Assembly (NCBI GenBank): GCA_047495785.1
Contig: JBLDXI010000024.1
Location: 1,736,001 to 1,800,000 of the forward strand
Direction of reading: 5' to 3'
Length of the DNA: 64,000 bases
DNA from: Lepidodermella squamata
Lineage: Eukaryota > Animalia > Gastrotricha
Shown here: in pieces, positions 48,548 through 62,783 of the stretch
How the letters are laid out: each line of letters opens with the position of its first letter
Position numbering within the stretch: the stretch's first letter is position 1
Made by a program: the position numbers and the translations under genes
The notes under the pieces: model-generated
The model's database searches: none
What the model saw: the letters and a program-made list of their open reading frames with translations, nothing else
Told to the model about the DNA's origin: nothing

Positions 48548-50710
48548 TTGTCTAAAATTACCCTCCCCTACGGTGTTATGAGCAATTTCTATCCAAGCAT
48601 AATTTAATGTCTACTTTTGGCAGTTTGCTTATGTATTTGGTATTTGGGCTATAATATAAAGGAATGCGAACGTTGAAAATGTAGCCGGGGCTTGAGGATT
48701 CGAAAAATTCATATTGCTGGTACCAATTTGGAACCCGGCCTCTTAAGAAGTTGTAACGAAGCGCAAGAGGCGGCCAGGTGATGGGTACCAGTGATGCAAT
48801 CACGGCACACTTGTTTGCGGAATAAACAAAGACGTGCGAGAGCGGTTTACGGTTTTCGGTATCATCATCACGCCAATTGGGTTACCTTTGAGAAACCGAA
48901 ATAATTATGCACGCCGCGTTTGTTTGCAGTTTCGCAATCCACTTATGCCTAGTAGGTACCGGATCGGTTACCTTGTTATACATTGCCCATGTTACCCACC
49001 TTAACATAGGTATTTTGCACAGCGCAGATGCTTGCTTGACAGCGTGACAGAGAGTCTGAGAAAATGTTTTTAATGCCGGTAAGGTATTAATGTCATGGCA
49101 CCTGGATTACACGACTAATTAAGGGCGGCTTCTGTCAAATTGGTCACTACGCGACAAAGACGAGCAGGAATTTGCGTCGAGTGCCGCGACGTGCATTCCG
49201 CTTCGTTAAAAGTGCGCGTGCTTGGAGCCATCAATTTAGCGGCGCCCCCACTTATCTCCAACTGCGCGGCGGCCTTTGAAGACCACGGTTAATCGGTCGG
49301 AAATCGTGCGGTGATTCGAGTGCCGCAAATACGCTTAAATCCACCGCCCACCTACCGCTCAGGTACACGGGTTTTGTTTTAATGAGAACCCAGGGCTCAC
49401 ACAAATTTTTATTTTTATTTGTACAAACTCGGCCGGCCTTCAAGCACACGTCTTTTTCATAGCGAAAACGTGATAGATGACACGTTTTTGCCTCGCAAAG
49501 GTGTTATTTATTAAAAATATTATGCCTTTTTGTTTGCCTCGTGTGTCGTAAACTCGCTAGATGTAATTATTTTTTCCCGCGCGTGTTAATTGGTGTCATC
49601 ATTCAGCGCGGATTTTTTAATTAATACTATAGGTACGCTTAGGTATAACGCGCGTAGGTAGTATTGTTTTTCGGTGTGAATGCGCGCCGAGATTTTCAGT
49701 CACCTTGTCTTTTCTTGAGTGATGAAACATCTTGCTGCTTGCTGTTGTAAACCAGCCAGGCCCTAGCATACAGCGGCTGTGATATCTCTCGTGCGCATCT
49801 GCTCGTTCGCGTTACGTTAATAACTTGGAGAGTAGTGACGTTCAGTACTCGAGCGCCTTGTTCACTAATGAAAAGGTGGCCGCGTGTGCGCCTCGAGGCC
49901 GGCACCCCGCCGCGCCCTCTCGAGCCTAGACGCTAGGCCGCGCGATATAAAAGCGCGCACCCCATCGCGAAACCGGCCACCAAATACACAACGCCCGCGG
50001 GGACTGTACACTTCAATTTCGAAATTTTCAGCCGCCAAGTTACGCAACGCAATTCGCATTTCCGCCTTAATATTTCCCTCACGCTGTGTCTTCAATTTCC
50101 TTTAGCTGTCATCTTACGATATCTTGCTAATATCGATCTATTTTATTAATAAAAGAAGAGAGAAAGCCCTTGAAAATCATTCACACCCCGCCGCGAATTA
50201 ATTTCGCAACCGGCTTACATTACACTGTGTTTATTAAAAATTTATTTCTTATTCTCACATATTGGTGGTATAGGTGACCGAGTCGTGCGTAAACAAAATC
50301 TCAATTTCAAACACGTCACGACATGTTGAAATTAGGCGTTTTATTGTGTATCTTGCGCATTACTTGCGAATCATCGTTTCGCCTAACTGGTTCGCGTAAA
50401 TAGCGCACACGCGACGCGCCTCGAATCACGTAAAAGACGCAAAATTTGTCCGCCCGTGGATTTGCGCGCGCCGCCTTTGACTCGACCAGCCTCGCCTCGC
50501 CGAGGCGCAGTCGAGCGGCGCAAAGTCCAAGGTCAACAAATGCGCACTAGACAACCCGAGCCTTACCCATTCTCAAATGTCGAGTTTGTAGAGGAGGGTG
50601 TACACAATAACACCTGCTATACACTTACTCATCGACGCTGTAAACATCTGCCCTAAAAATGTTTTGTTTTGTCTCACCCTAGGCTTGTTATTAAACAGCT
50701 ACAACGCAAA

Positions 50711-52138
50711 ATGGTTATCATCAACACCGCGATATTCAGTGTCATCTTCACCGCGGTTATCGTAACGGCTTTTCCTGCCCGGCGCAGTTCGATTACCGAT
50801 AACGCCGATGCTGGTAGTTATCAGTTGATAGAAACCCCGCCTCCAATGGTGCAGGAACTGCAGCAACAACTACAGCAACAGCAATCTAACAACGAACAAA
50901 TCAACGAACAGCTGTACGCGAGTTTGCTCGGCGGCCAGGCCGTGCCTTATTGCCAGGCGATGCAGGGCCTATCGCCCGGGCAGATGCGCATCTGCCAAAC
51001 CTATCCTCAGCTGATGCAATACGTTCGCCTCGGCTACATGGCGGCAGTTCAGGAGTGCATGCGACAAATGTCACACCGAAAATGGAACTGCTCAATCGCT
51101 GTTACCGATGCACCAACCACCACTTACGATTTGGCCAACCTTGAAAACAGTGAGTCTAAAATTTTAAATAATTTTCAAAATTAAATTGAAATAATTAAAT
51201 TTGAAATTTGAAATTTTTAAGCTGGATTTTTTAATAATTTTTCTTTATTTTTTCTAGTTCATTTTTTTGAATCGAACCCGTCCGAACATGGTTCGCCTCA
51301 AAAGCGCCATTCTGGCGACGGAATTGCGGCCGCTGCCCTGTCGAGCGACGCTATTGGTGGCACTCGCGAGTCGGCTTTTGTCAACGCGCTCGCCTCGTCC
51401 GCCATCGCCTACGCCGTGTCACGCGCTTGCCGTGAGAATTCCGGCCTCGCTGCTTGCGGCTGTTCGAACGCGAAACGGCCCAACGACCTGCAACGCACGT
51501 GGCTGTGGGGCGGTTGCGGTGACAACATCGAATTCGGCACGCAATTCGCACAACTTTTCACCGATATCAAGGAGAAAGAACGCAACTATCCTCGCCACTC
51601 GAAACAGCTCGCTAAGGCGCTCATGAACATGCATAACAACGAAGCTGGTCGGAAAGCGGTTGAAAGTCGCGTGAAAGTTTACTGCAAGTGCCACGGCGTA
51701 TCAGCGTCATGCAATTTAAAAACGTGCTGGCATCAATTAGCCGATTTTCGCCTCATCGGTCAAGATTTGCGCGAGCGTTACGATGCGGCTCAAGAGGTTT
51801 CGTTCAACAAGAAGGGCACGAAATTGAACCGGCAATCCGTTGAGTCGACGCGAAGCCGGCGGTTTGTTCGCGCAACTTACGGCAAGGAAGATTTAATTTT
51901 CTTCGAAAATTCCCCCGACTTCTGCGCACCCAAGGGTGAACTCGAATACGGCACCAAAGGCCGGACCTGTCTCAAGGGTGTCCAGGGCCCCGAGAGCTGC
52001 GATTCGCTATGTTGCGGCCGGCCAACTCGGACTGTTGTCAAAACTCGAGAACAACGTTGCAATTGTAAATTTCAATGGTGTTGTCGTATTGATTGCGAAA
52101 TCTGCCGGTCGTCTGAAATTATTCACGTTTGTGATTAA
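50711..52138 (+). CDS. WNT5: Wnt5 ligand; exons 50711-51149 and 51258-52138
   Basis: Signal peptide; GLSPGQMRICQTY, WNCS, GTRESAF, RPNDLQRTWLWGGCGDN, KERNYPRHS, LMNMHNNEAGR, CKCHGVSASC, KTCWHQLADFR, CKFQWCC. Confidence 0.9.
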
Positions 52139-53190
52139 AAATAGAAAAAATCTTCATAAAAAAATGTTAGAAAAAATATACGCAAACGTGATCGATACCG
52201 GATCTTCCTTCTCTGTACCAAAAATTCGAACTGATATTGTGTTAATTCGAAATAATTATTCCGATAATAATGCAATTATTTCTCAACAATTATTTCGACA
52301 ATTTTTCTTCTATATTTTATGATTATTGAATCAATCAATTATTATTGTAAGAATATCATTCAATCACACCTGTAAATTGTAAATAATAACTTTCGCGTCC
52401 TTCGAATTTTTGTGGTAAAAATCGCGATCCTTATTGAATGAAAAATGAAAAGAAAAATCGTTTCTTGCCTCATCGTTGCATTTCAGCTCGAAATTCTTGT
52501 TTTGTTTTACGTCTTTACGTCTTATACCCATCTGCACGTGTGTCGTATAGGTACTAAAATTCAAAATTTTAATAGCTTTCAGTTCATTGCTCAAAATGTT
52601 AGATCAATCAATCAAAATCACTGGCTGACTGGGTTGTGACACGCAGTTGTGAAAGAAAACAAGAATGATGACCATGAATGTGTTTGTCTCGGACCATCTT
52701 TTATATTCAAATTTTAAACGTGCGGATGATAATTATTGAAAAGATTGTTTGTAAAAGCAGAAAGCAATAAAAGCAACTAGAAAATAACAAAATTGTCTTT
52801 TGGGTAAACATTGTATTTTCTTCGAAACTTCGAAACAACGACGTAACAGCGCTCTGTGAAATAGCCGCCGCTATCGAGCTACCTTTCATCAACCAGGTAC
52901 ATCAGCTCTTGGACCATCTGCCATCGCTGCAGACTTATTTCTTCGCGACCGAGATAATTACTACCTGATTCAGTCGCTGTTGGCTCGTCAAAAGCTGAGC
53001 GATAATGAAAGGCTTCTTTACATCTGCGTCACCCATTTGCTTTCGGCCTTTTCGCCGATTTCATTGCATTTCTTCCCACTAACACTAACTAAGTGCTGGT
53101 AACGGGCCGATTGCCGCTATCGAAAGTTCGTTGAAAAATTATGAGGTAATTAACGTTGGACAGGGGTCGAGATGAGAATCAAACAAAGCA

Positions 53191-53262
53191 GCCCTTGTGG
53201 CCTAATGGCAAGGCGTCGGCCTCCTAAGCCGAAGATTGCGGGTTCGAGTCCCGCCGGGGGTG
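53191..53262 (+). tRNA. tRNA-Arg(CCT)
   Basis: Full cloverleaf; anticodon arm TCGGC-CTCCTAA-GCCGA; GGTTCGAGTCC; downstream T-tract. Confidence 0.93.
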
Positions 53263-53780
53263 CAATATTTTTACTAGCTCCTCCGGTTTTATCTCACGCA
53301 GGTTGAAATAATGTGATCCTCAAGCTTCATCCCTTAGGAGGCTACTGAGTCATTCCATTGATAAGATTTACTGATTTTTTCGAAGACCGATATCTCAGCG
53401 CAGAGTGACCGACTTCCAATTTTCCGCAAAAACCGTTACATATTTTGCTGAAGGTAATTGTTTTTTTTTCATTTTCGCTTCTCTTCGAAGGAGAAGCCCA
53501 AGAAATCGCCCGAAGGCTCATTGAATGTTCCCACGCACGGAAATCTTTAGTAAAAGGCGAAAGATTTGTTCGTTTTGCGCGGAAACCAGAGTACTTTGAG
53601 TTGATTTCAATGCTCGTCCCTTTTCAAGGTAGAATTCGCATCTGACAACCAAATAATTACCATATTCACATAAATTGGGGAAAACAAATTTTGCCAGGAA
53701 CAATTTCAAAATTTGAAAAGCGTGAAAATGAACCATTCGATGATGCTTTTAAAAATATTTGTATGCGACGAAAAACTGAT

Positions 53781-53853
53781 CGCCCGATGTGGGGCTCGAA
53801 CCCACGACCCTGGGATTAAGAGTCCCATGCTCTACCGACTGAGCTAACCGGGC
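53781..53853 (-). tRNA. tRNA-Lys(CTT)
   Basis: GCCCGGTTAGCTCAGTCGGTAGAGCATGGGACTCTTAATCCCAGGGTCGTGGGTTCGAGCCCCACATCGGGCG. Confidence 0.96.
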
Positions 53854-54103
53854 TGACTCGATTGCATCGGCCTGAAATGCTCGCTAGTTCCATCTTAATC
53901 AATTACCGCGCTCGCATAATAGGTTCTCGACTGCATTTGGTTTGACCATTAGTTTTAGCATGTGGAAACTGCGTAAAACAGCTGATTATATTACGTGCTC
54001 GCGGTAACTGACCACGCCGAGTTTTATCCATTACGTATATTGCGTGATGGCTACCATTTGCTGGAAGCATGAAGAACCGTTCCCAAAACTGAACCATCTA
54101 AGC

Positions 54104-54176
54104 GGGGTTGTGGCGCAATGGACAACGCGTCTGACTACGGATCAGAAGATTCCAGGTTCGACTCCTGGCAGCCTCG
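54104..54176 (+). tRNA. tRNA-Arg(ACG)
   Basis: Cloverleaf with TCTGA-CTACGGA-TCAGA anticodon arm, GGTTCGACTCC, downstream T-tract. Confidence 0.95.
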
Positions 54177-54609
54177 AATATTTTTTTCCATTTTTTTCAT
54201 TATTTCTGATCTATTAATTTAATTTTTTCAAGTACCAATTCAAATTGGAAATCCTGGGTAATTCTGGTAATTCTGGGGAATTACCCAGAGTAATTCTGGA
54301 TCTTTCAGCTTTGCAGGTGAATAGCTTTGTAACGCCGCTAGATAAAAGCACAGGGTTTGTTGCATAAAATCCCTCGTCTCTTGAGCTTTCGAATGGCGCA
54401 AGTCCAAGGGTGATTCGAGCAATACTTGATTTGAGAAAAAAATATACGCAAGGCAACTGAAACGTCGATTTGCGACCCCACTCATCTCTCAAATAAATAC
54501 TCATTTTGGGACGAAAATTGGCAGGGGTATCCTAAGAGCGCTGCTCTCTTAGTTATTGAAAGAAAAACGAAGATCCAAAGATTGGTTTTTGCAGGGCTTT
54601 CACCTGATG

Positions 54610-54954
54610 TTCAGGTGAATGGGTAATTTTGGACTGCATAAAGGTGCGGTTGAGTGAAAATTATTTTGAAAACCAGAGGATTCATATTTTTCTGTTCATA
54701 TTTTTTCAAAATTTGACCCAAAGCTCAGAAAAACTGAACAGAAACAATGCCATTGCATATGAAAAACGAGCGTATCCAGAATTGCCCGCTAAGTGTCCAA
54801 CATTGGCCAAAACGTATCTCGATCGCCGAAAATCGGGTAAACATCTTAAAATCACCCGATTTTACCGATAAATCGGGGCTCACTTTACACACCTTTGCAC
54901 CAAAAATCATCGACTTCTGGATTAAGACTGATTTTTGATCCTCGAAAACATGGT
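54610..54954 (+). repeat. Dispersed repeat, copy 2 (see 48299-48547)
   Basis: Same conserved blocks in the same order. Confidence 0.7.
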
Positions 54955-54958
54955 ATTA

Positions 54959-55072
54959 CAGGGTGTTCGCGTAATAATACTCTTCTAAAAATAGCTTTGC
55001 TACTTTTGCATTAATTTTAGCTTTTTGTAGCTATTTTTAGCTCACCCAGAGTATCATTACGCGAACGCCCTG
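54959..55072. mobile_element. 114-bp Tc1/mariner-type MITE
   Basis: 24-bp TIRs cagggtgttcgcgtaataatactc / gagtatcattacgcgaacgccctg (2 mismatches), TA on both sides. Confidence 0.8.
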
Positions 55073-55262
55073 TATATAAAATGACCCTTCTCTACAGTAC
55101 CATTGGATTCAAAACACAAACTTGATTCATTTCGAGCAACAAGTCTTTTTTTATTTGATTCTAAATCGTGAAACACAGTCAAACGACATTCGAATACCCG
55201 CTCATTGGGAGCTATTTTTGGTTTTTTAAACAAAAACAAGATAAAAAAATCACGAAACAGCA

Positions 55263-58200
55263 TCACGGAATTATAAAAGTCGAATTGCTAAGCTGGAGAG
55301 ACGGCCCGCTGCCATCAGCGACCATCAACTCGCTAAGCGGCGTGCGATTCGCCGCTGCTACTACCAAATCATTGCCGCCGAATAGACTACTACTAGCTGT
55401 AAAAGACTGCGAGCGAGACAGCGGCGTCGCGTCGAAAGACAAATTCGCCTGCTGCGGCTTACTGCGCTGCCGTTTCGCCAGCAGATCTGACTCCATCTGC
55501 TCGATTTCTTGCCACGTCGCCGAGATGCCGCGCTTTATCTGCTGGGGCACGCTGACAACAGGCGACTGCGATGATCGCTTCGAGTACACGCCGATCTGAA
55601 CGCGTTCGGCCGAGTACAGCCAATCAACAGGTGGTTGGAAGCTGTCCAGCAGCTCTTTGGGTGACTTAGTCATGAATAACAACGAATTGGCGCCGAAAAG
55701 CGTCGAAAAAACGAGGGAAAGCCGCGTTGAAATGCAACTTAATATCGCTCCAGTCCAACTAGTACTTCGCTCGATAAGTAGAGCCATTTCAAACGGGTGA
55801 TCTTCTAAGCTCTTGATAATGAAACTTTGGAAAGATTCGGAATCCGATGCTTGAGGGAGGGCCAAATATTGGCTGAGAAGGCGGCAAGAATCTCTCTCGG
55901 ATACAGCTTCAAACGGTGGATTGGTGTTTGCTGTAGCTGAAATAGCTGCGGCGATCTCGGGCGCGATTTCGACCTTTTCAACGGCTGATTTCACAAAGTC
56001 GATGGCTGCTTTGTACAGCGACAGCGAAACACTCGCAGGCTAAAATATAATAATAAAATGATATTTTTTTGACCGGGAAAATCACGATCAAATAGGATTT
56101 GAAAGGCTATTCCAATTTTTCAGAAAATTTCTTGAACAGGCTTCTTTCACTATCAGCTATATAACTAACCATTTCTTGTTGCTGATTAGGCGACATTTTG
56201 CGGTTGTGAAGGTCAGCTTTGATGGGCGATATCACTTTGCTGGTAAGGAATTCAGAAATGAATTGCACTGCTGAAACAGCTGAGCCGATGCCACTTGAAA
56301 GGCTCGAATCGATGAGGAAATCCAGACATTCGGCCATCTAAAACAAACGCAAAGTCTTTAGTTAACAAATTAGTACCGTCAACTGGGCTGATTTTAGCCA
56401 AATCACTTTAAATCCCTGAAGCTGAATTCGAAAATTATTTTTACTCAAAATTGGACCCCAAGAGGCAATTTGTAAAGAGTAAAGAAATCAAGTTAAAAGG
56501 GAAATTAAAATTCCTAGACACCCGTCAACAATTTTCGGAAATTTTCCCGAACTATACGACTACGTGCCGCGCGCCTAGGCGTGGCTATTGACCAATTAAT
56601 TAAAACTTTCGTCGAAGGTCTCGCGGACCACCTAGCTTTATCGGCGGCCACAAGATCTTCCTTCGACGTGACGGTCTTTTTGGCTGTAACAGCTTCCAAG
56701 GAAGCTAATCTGGTTTAAATACTTCTTGTTAAGTTCAAGAAGTCAAGGAGACAAAGACAGCCTTTGAAAAGACCTATGACGGTGTTATCGCCCGCCTCGA
56801 GCGAGCGAGCATTCAACGACCAGTAAAGCGGCCAGCAACCTGGTGCTTCATCGGACGCTAGCGGTAATGCTAGCCTACAGCCGAGGAAATTCAGGCCACG
56901 GCTAGAAGCGCCAGCGTTTTGGCCTACCTCCACCAACCAGGTGTATCTGGTGTCACCGCACAGAGCACAAGTCGGCCGCCTGCCGCCACGCCAAGTCGTG
57001 CAAAACTGAGGCCACAAGTGCCACCTGCTACCGACATGCATCGCAGCGGTACCATCACCCCATTTTGGCACGTCAAAGTCACCCCAGTTCTCTCGCTCGT
57101 GTTTCCTCGCTTCATCTGCCGAGTTCGCGACAGCGGAGAGCCAAGTCGATGCTTAGGTCGCTTTTAGGAACTGCACTACTTTTGTCCCTGGAACTTCGCC
57201 CCACGTTCACACTACGAATTTCTCGACGATTCCTGAAGACTTGAAGGCTGCTGCTGAGGGCCACCGAATGATCTATGTGCATTCTTTTTCTGTACGTTGT
57301 TCAGTTCAGTTCGACAAATTCGGGTTATTTAAAATTAGATACCCCAGCCTGTGTAACTCCATCGCGCTATTAAACCCATTTTTCCTACCAAGAATCGGGT
57401 ACTTTGGCTGGTCTGTCGGTCCATGTATGTTGATGGACGAGGAACTTGGTCCTTCTGTGATAGTATGCGATATGTATTCAAAGAAAGAGCTTCGATCGTT
57501 GTTCTTACACGTTCCTATCAGCCCGATTTACTAACCAACCAGCCGTCAAATGCCTGAACTCTTTGCCCCTGTGGTTGCCGTACCGAATATTTTCCGTAAG
57601 ACTCTCATTGGCAAGTGCACCTCTTCGACGCTAGTTCTAGCTGTTATCGGTGGCTACAATGGCCTCAGCAGCTTCAGTGTTGCACCTACTGTCGAGAATG
57701 TTGTTGCTTCTGTTGACGAGATGAAAGCACAGTTGCTAGCCGCTGAAGCGCGAACAGACATCAGCAGTTTAATCCCATTCATGATGGAAGATAAAACTCA
57801 AGTTTATGATCCCGGACTACTAAAGGCTACGTTTAGAAAAAATAGATAGCTCGAGGAGGTCATAGTTACGCTCCGCCTCTGAATTCTAACTTCAACTCAA
57901 GTCATGCAAGTCATTCCGCCACCACTGAAAAGAGCTGGACCGAGCTCAAACCCTAGACCCTCCAAGACACCGCGCCTCACTGATGACTGCAATGTTCTCT
58001 CGGGCGTTTGGGGAATGAGTACGAACTTGAACACTCAAAGCTCCACCTTTGCAGAAGAACTCGCCACTTTGCAGAGGTAAGCGATGACAATCCTTAACGC
58101 TACCCATCAGGGTGCAATAAGGCTCAATAAATATTTCAGCCGATCAGTCAGTGGCTGACGAATTCTTTTCAATTGTTGATGTCAAAGGGGAAAAACCGAA

Positions 58201-61200
58201 AGCTCATTTTTATCGAGAAAAATTAATACATAGTGTACCTTGATATTATGGAAAGTTCAGCAAACGTGTTTCACGTCAACTTTGTAAGAAAATGACCTTA
58301 TATTATGAAGATTTAGTGACTACAAACTGCAAACTGCCAAGTCAGTTTTGAGGACACAAGGTTAGATTTGGGGACAGAAACCTAAATTTGAGGATGCGCA
58401 AATTCGAACAACCAAAAATGATTTACCGAATCTGAACACATTGACTTGTGTTTTGAGCGGAAAGACTGCGCATTCGACGTTTGACCCAGGCAAAACACCG
58501 CACTCGTCAATTTGTTGCCAACCAACAGTCGATCAACAGCATTCAAACTCGATTGATTAGCCAACAAATCGTCGAAAATGACCATAGAATTAGCACCAAT
58601 CAACACATTTTTCTCGGTGTTCGAGTAATATCGCAACAAATTCGACCCTTCCACCTTAATTGAACCACTTGAAGCATCAATTGAGGCGAGAATGACAGAA
58701 ACAACACATCGGGATAACGCATTTTTTGGCAGTGACTTAAAAATCGACTCGACATGCCGCAAAATGTATTGATTCTCGCGATACCGTTCCGGGACAAGAA
58801 CGACCAGCTTAAAAATAGCCCAAGCCGGGTAGTTAGTCGGCCCTACGTGCGAAATTAGCCGGTCTAATGATGGAATTTCGAGTTTATCGACCGGTAATTT
58901 CAACGCAGTGGCCAAGGTCGCGGTTTTCAGCTGGAGACCAATCGATTTTTCGGGTGAAAGAGGCGATTGAAACGGAATTTTCACGATTTGACCGTCACTA
59001 AGCACCTTCGAGCTGCATGAAATCAACTCGGAAGCTTCCTTCAAGCTCAAACGAGGCCCGGTTGGGAATGGCCGGTTTGAATGTTCCCGTAACGACAGAA
59101 GTTGTTTGACCTGGTACCGCCACGAGTTGAAATGGTTGCGTAATACAGATTTTCGGCGTATTTTCGCGACTTTCCGCTGACTTTCACCGATTTTCGTCCA
59201 CTTATCGGCCTGTTCCCGCGAAACTTCTCTCGCGACCTCTTCGATGAGACTATCAAGTTGAGACAAGGCATTTTTCACATGAACTTCAGCGACTTCTTGA
59301 CCGATTTCTCGGCATAACGAGTCGCAAACTGCGAAAATTATCGATTGCGTCAATTCTGGCGTCATCGCATTTTTCACAGCCTGGTCGCCTTTTCGATCAT
59401 TGAGCACTGACTGTGCGATTGTACGAGTAAAATCGCCCAAAAAACTGGTCATCAGCTCATCCACAATCCAATCAGCATTCGCCAGCCATTTTTTAAACAT
59501 TAAGGTGGCGCTGAACGCAGCTTCTCGGCATTCATTTTTCACGAAATCCGACACCAATTCGGCGTAAATTTCTTGAGCCAGCGCGATTTGAGCCATCGTT
59601 TTCTCGACCTGGTCTTGTTCGTTCTGCTTCTTAATCTCGGCCTGGTTTGGCCAGGCAACAGCGGCTGGTTTCCCGAACAAACCCTGGTTGTGTTGTGGCT
59701 GTTGAGGCGCTGCGAAATTGCCGAAACTTCGAGCTGGGGCGAAATTTTGAGGTTGCGGCTCTGAGACTGGGTGATGGTGTTGCAGCTGTTGATTGTTATT
59801 TTGAATCGTCTCAAGCAATTCGAGCAGTAACGACCGAAAATGCGGACTTCCAATGAAGTGGCCCTGCGAGTCGAAGCTGGTCGCTGGCTCGTGGAGATCG
59901 GTATTTTCCGGCAAAGGTCCGCCATTAATCAGCTCGGATATCGTTGCATCCTCCTGTTTGCCAGCCATTAAGGTGGGCAGGCGTTTCGGAACTGGCCAAG
60001 CTTCGGGTTGGTAGTAGTTCATTCGGATGAACTCGAATTGACCAGGGGCGGACAGCTGAATTCCGTGCGCTGCAAGGAAGGCTTCGCATTCTTCCGAACT
60101 CTCGAAACACAACGTTGAACACACTTCGTTGACTGGTACCTAAAAAATTAAACATAGGGAGTTTAAATTTGAGCGACTGATAGAGACTAACCGAAACTGG
60201 ACTGCGTTCGTTCGGCGTGTAAGCGTGCAGAACGGTTTTCAGCGCTCGTGATCTGACGAGGGTGAGGTACCTGTGCATGAGACACGCCTCGAAATACGTC
60301 GCCTCATTGCGCAGCATCCGAAAAAACCGCGCATAGTTGTTCGTATTATACGCCGAAAACACGGAGAGGGCAAACTGGACCGGCCGCGAAAATCTCACAG
60401 CCGCAGACACGCGCTCAATTTCCCTAAAAATCAGACAAAAAATAATTTAAATTAAAGAAGACTTTATCAAAATCGGTTAAGCTTACGATAAAATAGCGCC
60501 TTCATCCAATTTCATCAAAATTCGATAGCCCGTGAATTCCGCTTCGTTAATCAACTCTGGCAGTTCGTCGTCGATAGCCGCGTTTTGCGACCGCCTCAAA
60601 TCCGCGTACATCTCCTTTAAGCTCTGCAGGCACTTGGTCAAATTCTGCGAATTCAGCTTCTGATCGAACCCGGCCGTATTAGGCACGCTGACCAGTCTTT
60701 CGGCGCAAAACGCATGAAACCTCGCACATCGTTCCATTAACGAAATTCCAATCGCGGAGACAATGTGCTGCTGGGTGATGTCTTTCCTAATACCTCGAGT
60801 TCTAGTCCACAGAAAATGGTACCAATCTGCCCATTCTTCAAAAGCTGAATCTTCAATATCATCCGCAGTTGGGCAGATAACCTTGAGTAGGTAGGTCATA
60901 GTGTTATCCAACGCCTGAGGGGTTCGCAATTCGTAGGGTAGCGGCTCGCGTTGGTCAGCTGCCGATCGAGCGTACTCTTTCAGGGCCCGTTTATGGTCGA
61001 TTTGGAACGAACCGTCCGCATTTTCGCCACACCGCTCGAACCGGCTGAGGCGGCGCTGGAATTCGCGGTCGTAGCGCTCGCGTTCCGGGCACATGTCTTC
61101 GCATGTTCCGACAAGGGCATGTTCGCGTTTGCTCGTGTTTTCGGCCATTAGGTCGTAGATCACTTTATCGACCCGTTCCAGGACATCGGCTCGTTCTTGG

Positions 61201-62510
61201 GCGGAATGGCCGGATAGCGAGAAGATTGGGGCGACTGAGGCGGGTACGCGAATGTGAGGCGGCACCCAGCTTAACGAGGCGCTGGAAGCCCGGGTCGGGG
61301 CTGGTAACGCCCTAGGTGCCGGCATAGACCTTTGCGCTACAAATAGAAAAAAAATCGAGTTAATTTTAAATGCTCATCTACCATCTGAATAATAATTTAA
61401 CCGAAATCCTGTGCATGTTTGTCTCTCTATCTTTTCTAATCTCATTCAATGGTTAATGTTTTATAGCTCAATAGGTTCTTTCGGCAACTAAAGTACTACT
61501 TTTTAGCTGGTTTCGCCAACAGACGTGTCGACTCAATTGCTGATCTGCTGACGACTGTAGTGATAGTTCAACGGCTGAGTGTGAAAGAGGGTTCAGCAAT
61601 ATGGCGGTCGAAGCCACCTTGAGATGATCATAGTCAAACGCACTTTTCCTGCCACAAAAATTTAACAATTTTTCATCTATTCTATGTTCAGCCTTGCAGT
61701 TTATCACCATAAACGGCCCGGCGCTGGAAAAATTCGAAGATATTGGCCAGGCCCACCCAACCCAATCTCCAACCCAATCCGAGCTAATTATGAATTTGGG
61801 CAAAGTTCTGAAATTTTGGTCAACTAATTTCAAGTTTGATTCCGAATCTGGTCAATTTTGTCACTCAGAAACAGATTAAAAAATAGCTCACCTATGGCAG
61901 CCTTCGGCGCCGCGTTTGCAGCTGGCACAGCTGGAGCCCTAGCTATAGGTTTTGCTGGGGCTGGGGCAACTGCAGTTGATGTCGAAGCGACAGTGGCCGA
62001 TTGTTTCCGCTGCGATTTCCAGTAAATCGTGATTTCAGCCCCATTTCGAAGCCGCGTCCCAGTTTCTTTCGCAACCAGAGCATCTTGATGGTTTTTGAAC
62101 ACAATCGACGCAGATTGTTGGACCGGCAGCAAATTTATCCGTTTAATTGCGCCAAATTTCTCGAAATGTTCCTGCAACTCTTCACGATTATTCATTTCAT
62201 CGGGGATATTCCGGCATATCAAGGTGCAATTAGCCGGAGGAGACTGGGCCTCTGAACTTTCAGTAACCGGTGAGTCGTCGTCCAATTGCGATGAAGTCGA
62301 CTGCCGCTGCAATCTTCGAGCATTTGCCGCGCCGCCGAAAATTTTGTCCAGGAACAATTTCGTGGTTCGAGTTGGCCGTTTGGCGGGTTCTGATGGATTC
62401 GAAGGGCCAGGTTCATTTCGGGCCAGTTGTTGGCTGGTTGAAGCGGCAGGTTGTTCGACTGGTTTGCCAAATAGCATTTTCACGGGAGGCGGGCCCCCGG
62501 AATCAGCCAT
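55263..62510 (-). CDS. MCM3AP: GANP/SAC3 (TREX-2 scaffold, xmas-2 like), multi-exon
   Basis: RRM (LQEHFEKFGAI), LVGTCEDMCPERER, KEYARSAADQ, YELRTPQAL, FLWTRTRGIRKDITQQ, ERCARFH, NNYARFF, CID-like helical region. Confidence 0.9.
56515..58200. mobile_element. Decayed insertion, probably TE-derived, in a GANP intron
   Basis: Coding-like but broken 1.7-kb block inside a ~2-kb intron; minus-strand frameshifted PHD-like remnant WYRCDAC..RWHL..QFC...CALC near 56950-57065. Confidence 0.4.
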
Positions 62511-62783
62511 TGTTTATTTAAAACAAAAGAAAATAAAACTAGAAAAATCATATGAGAAAATGTTAAATTACCACCACGAATTCTTAAATTTGGATTTTGA
62601 AATTTCCCTTATAAAGTCCAGAGTTTCAATTATTTCAATTTTGAAACTATTTTACCTCTTTTATTCTCAGAAACAAACATTTTTATTATTGCTCGGATAT
62701 GCGTGGAAATTTTCATCATGGAATCACTAAAATGAAAAAAGAGAAAGAGAACATGAGATGTCATTGAGACGCGTAGTTAAAAT

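Noticed and set aside
47600-50680. Coding genes or defined enhancers upstream of Wnt5
   Set aside because: Only short ORFs without motifs; a TATA-like gatataaaag (~49945) and CTTTGA words are not sufficient evidence.
62095-62730. 211-aa plus-strand ORF
   Set aside because: Antisense to GANP exon 1.
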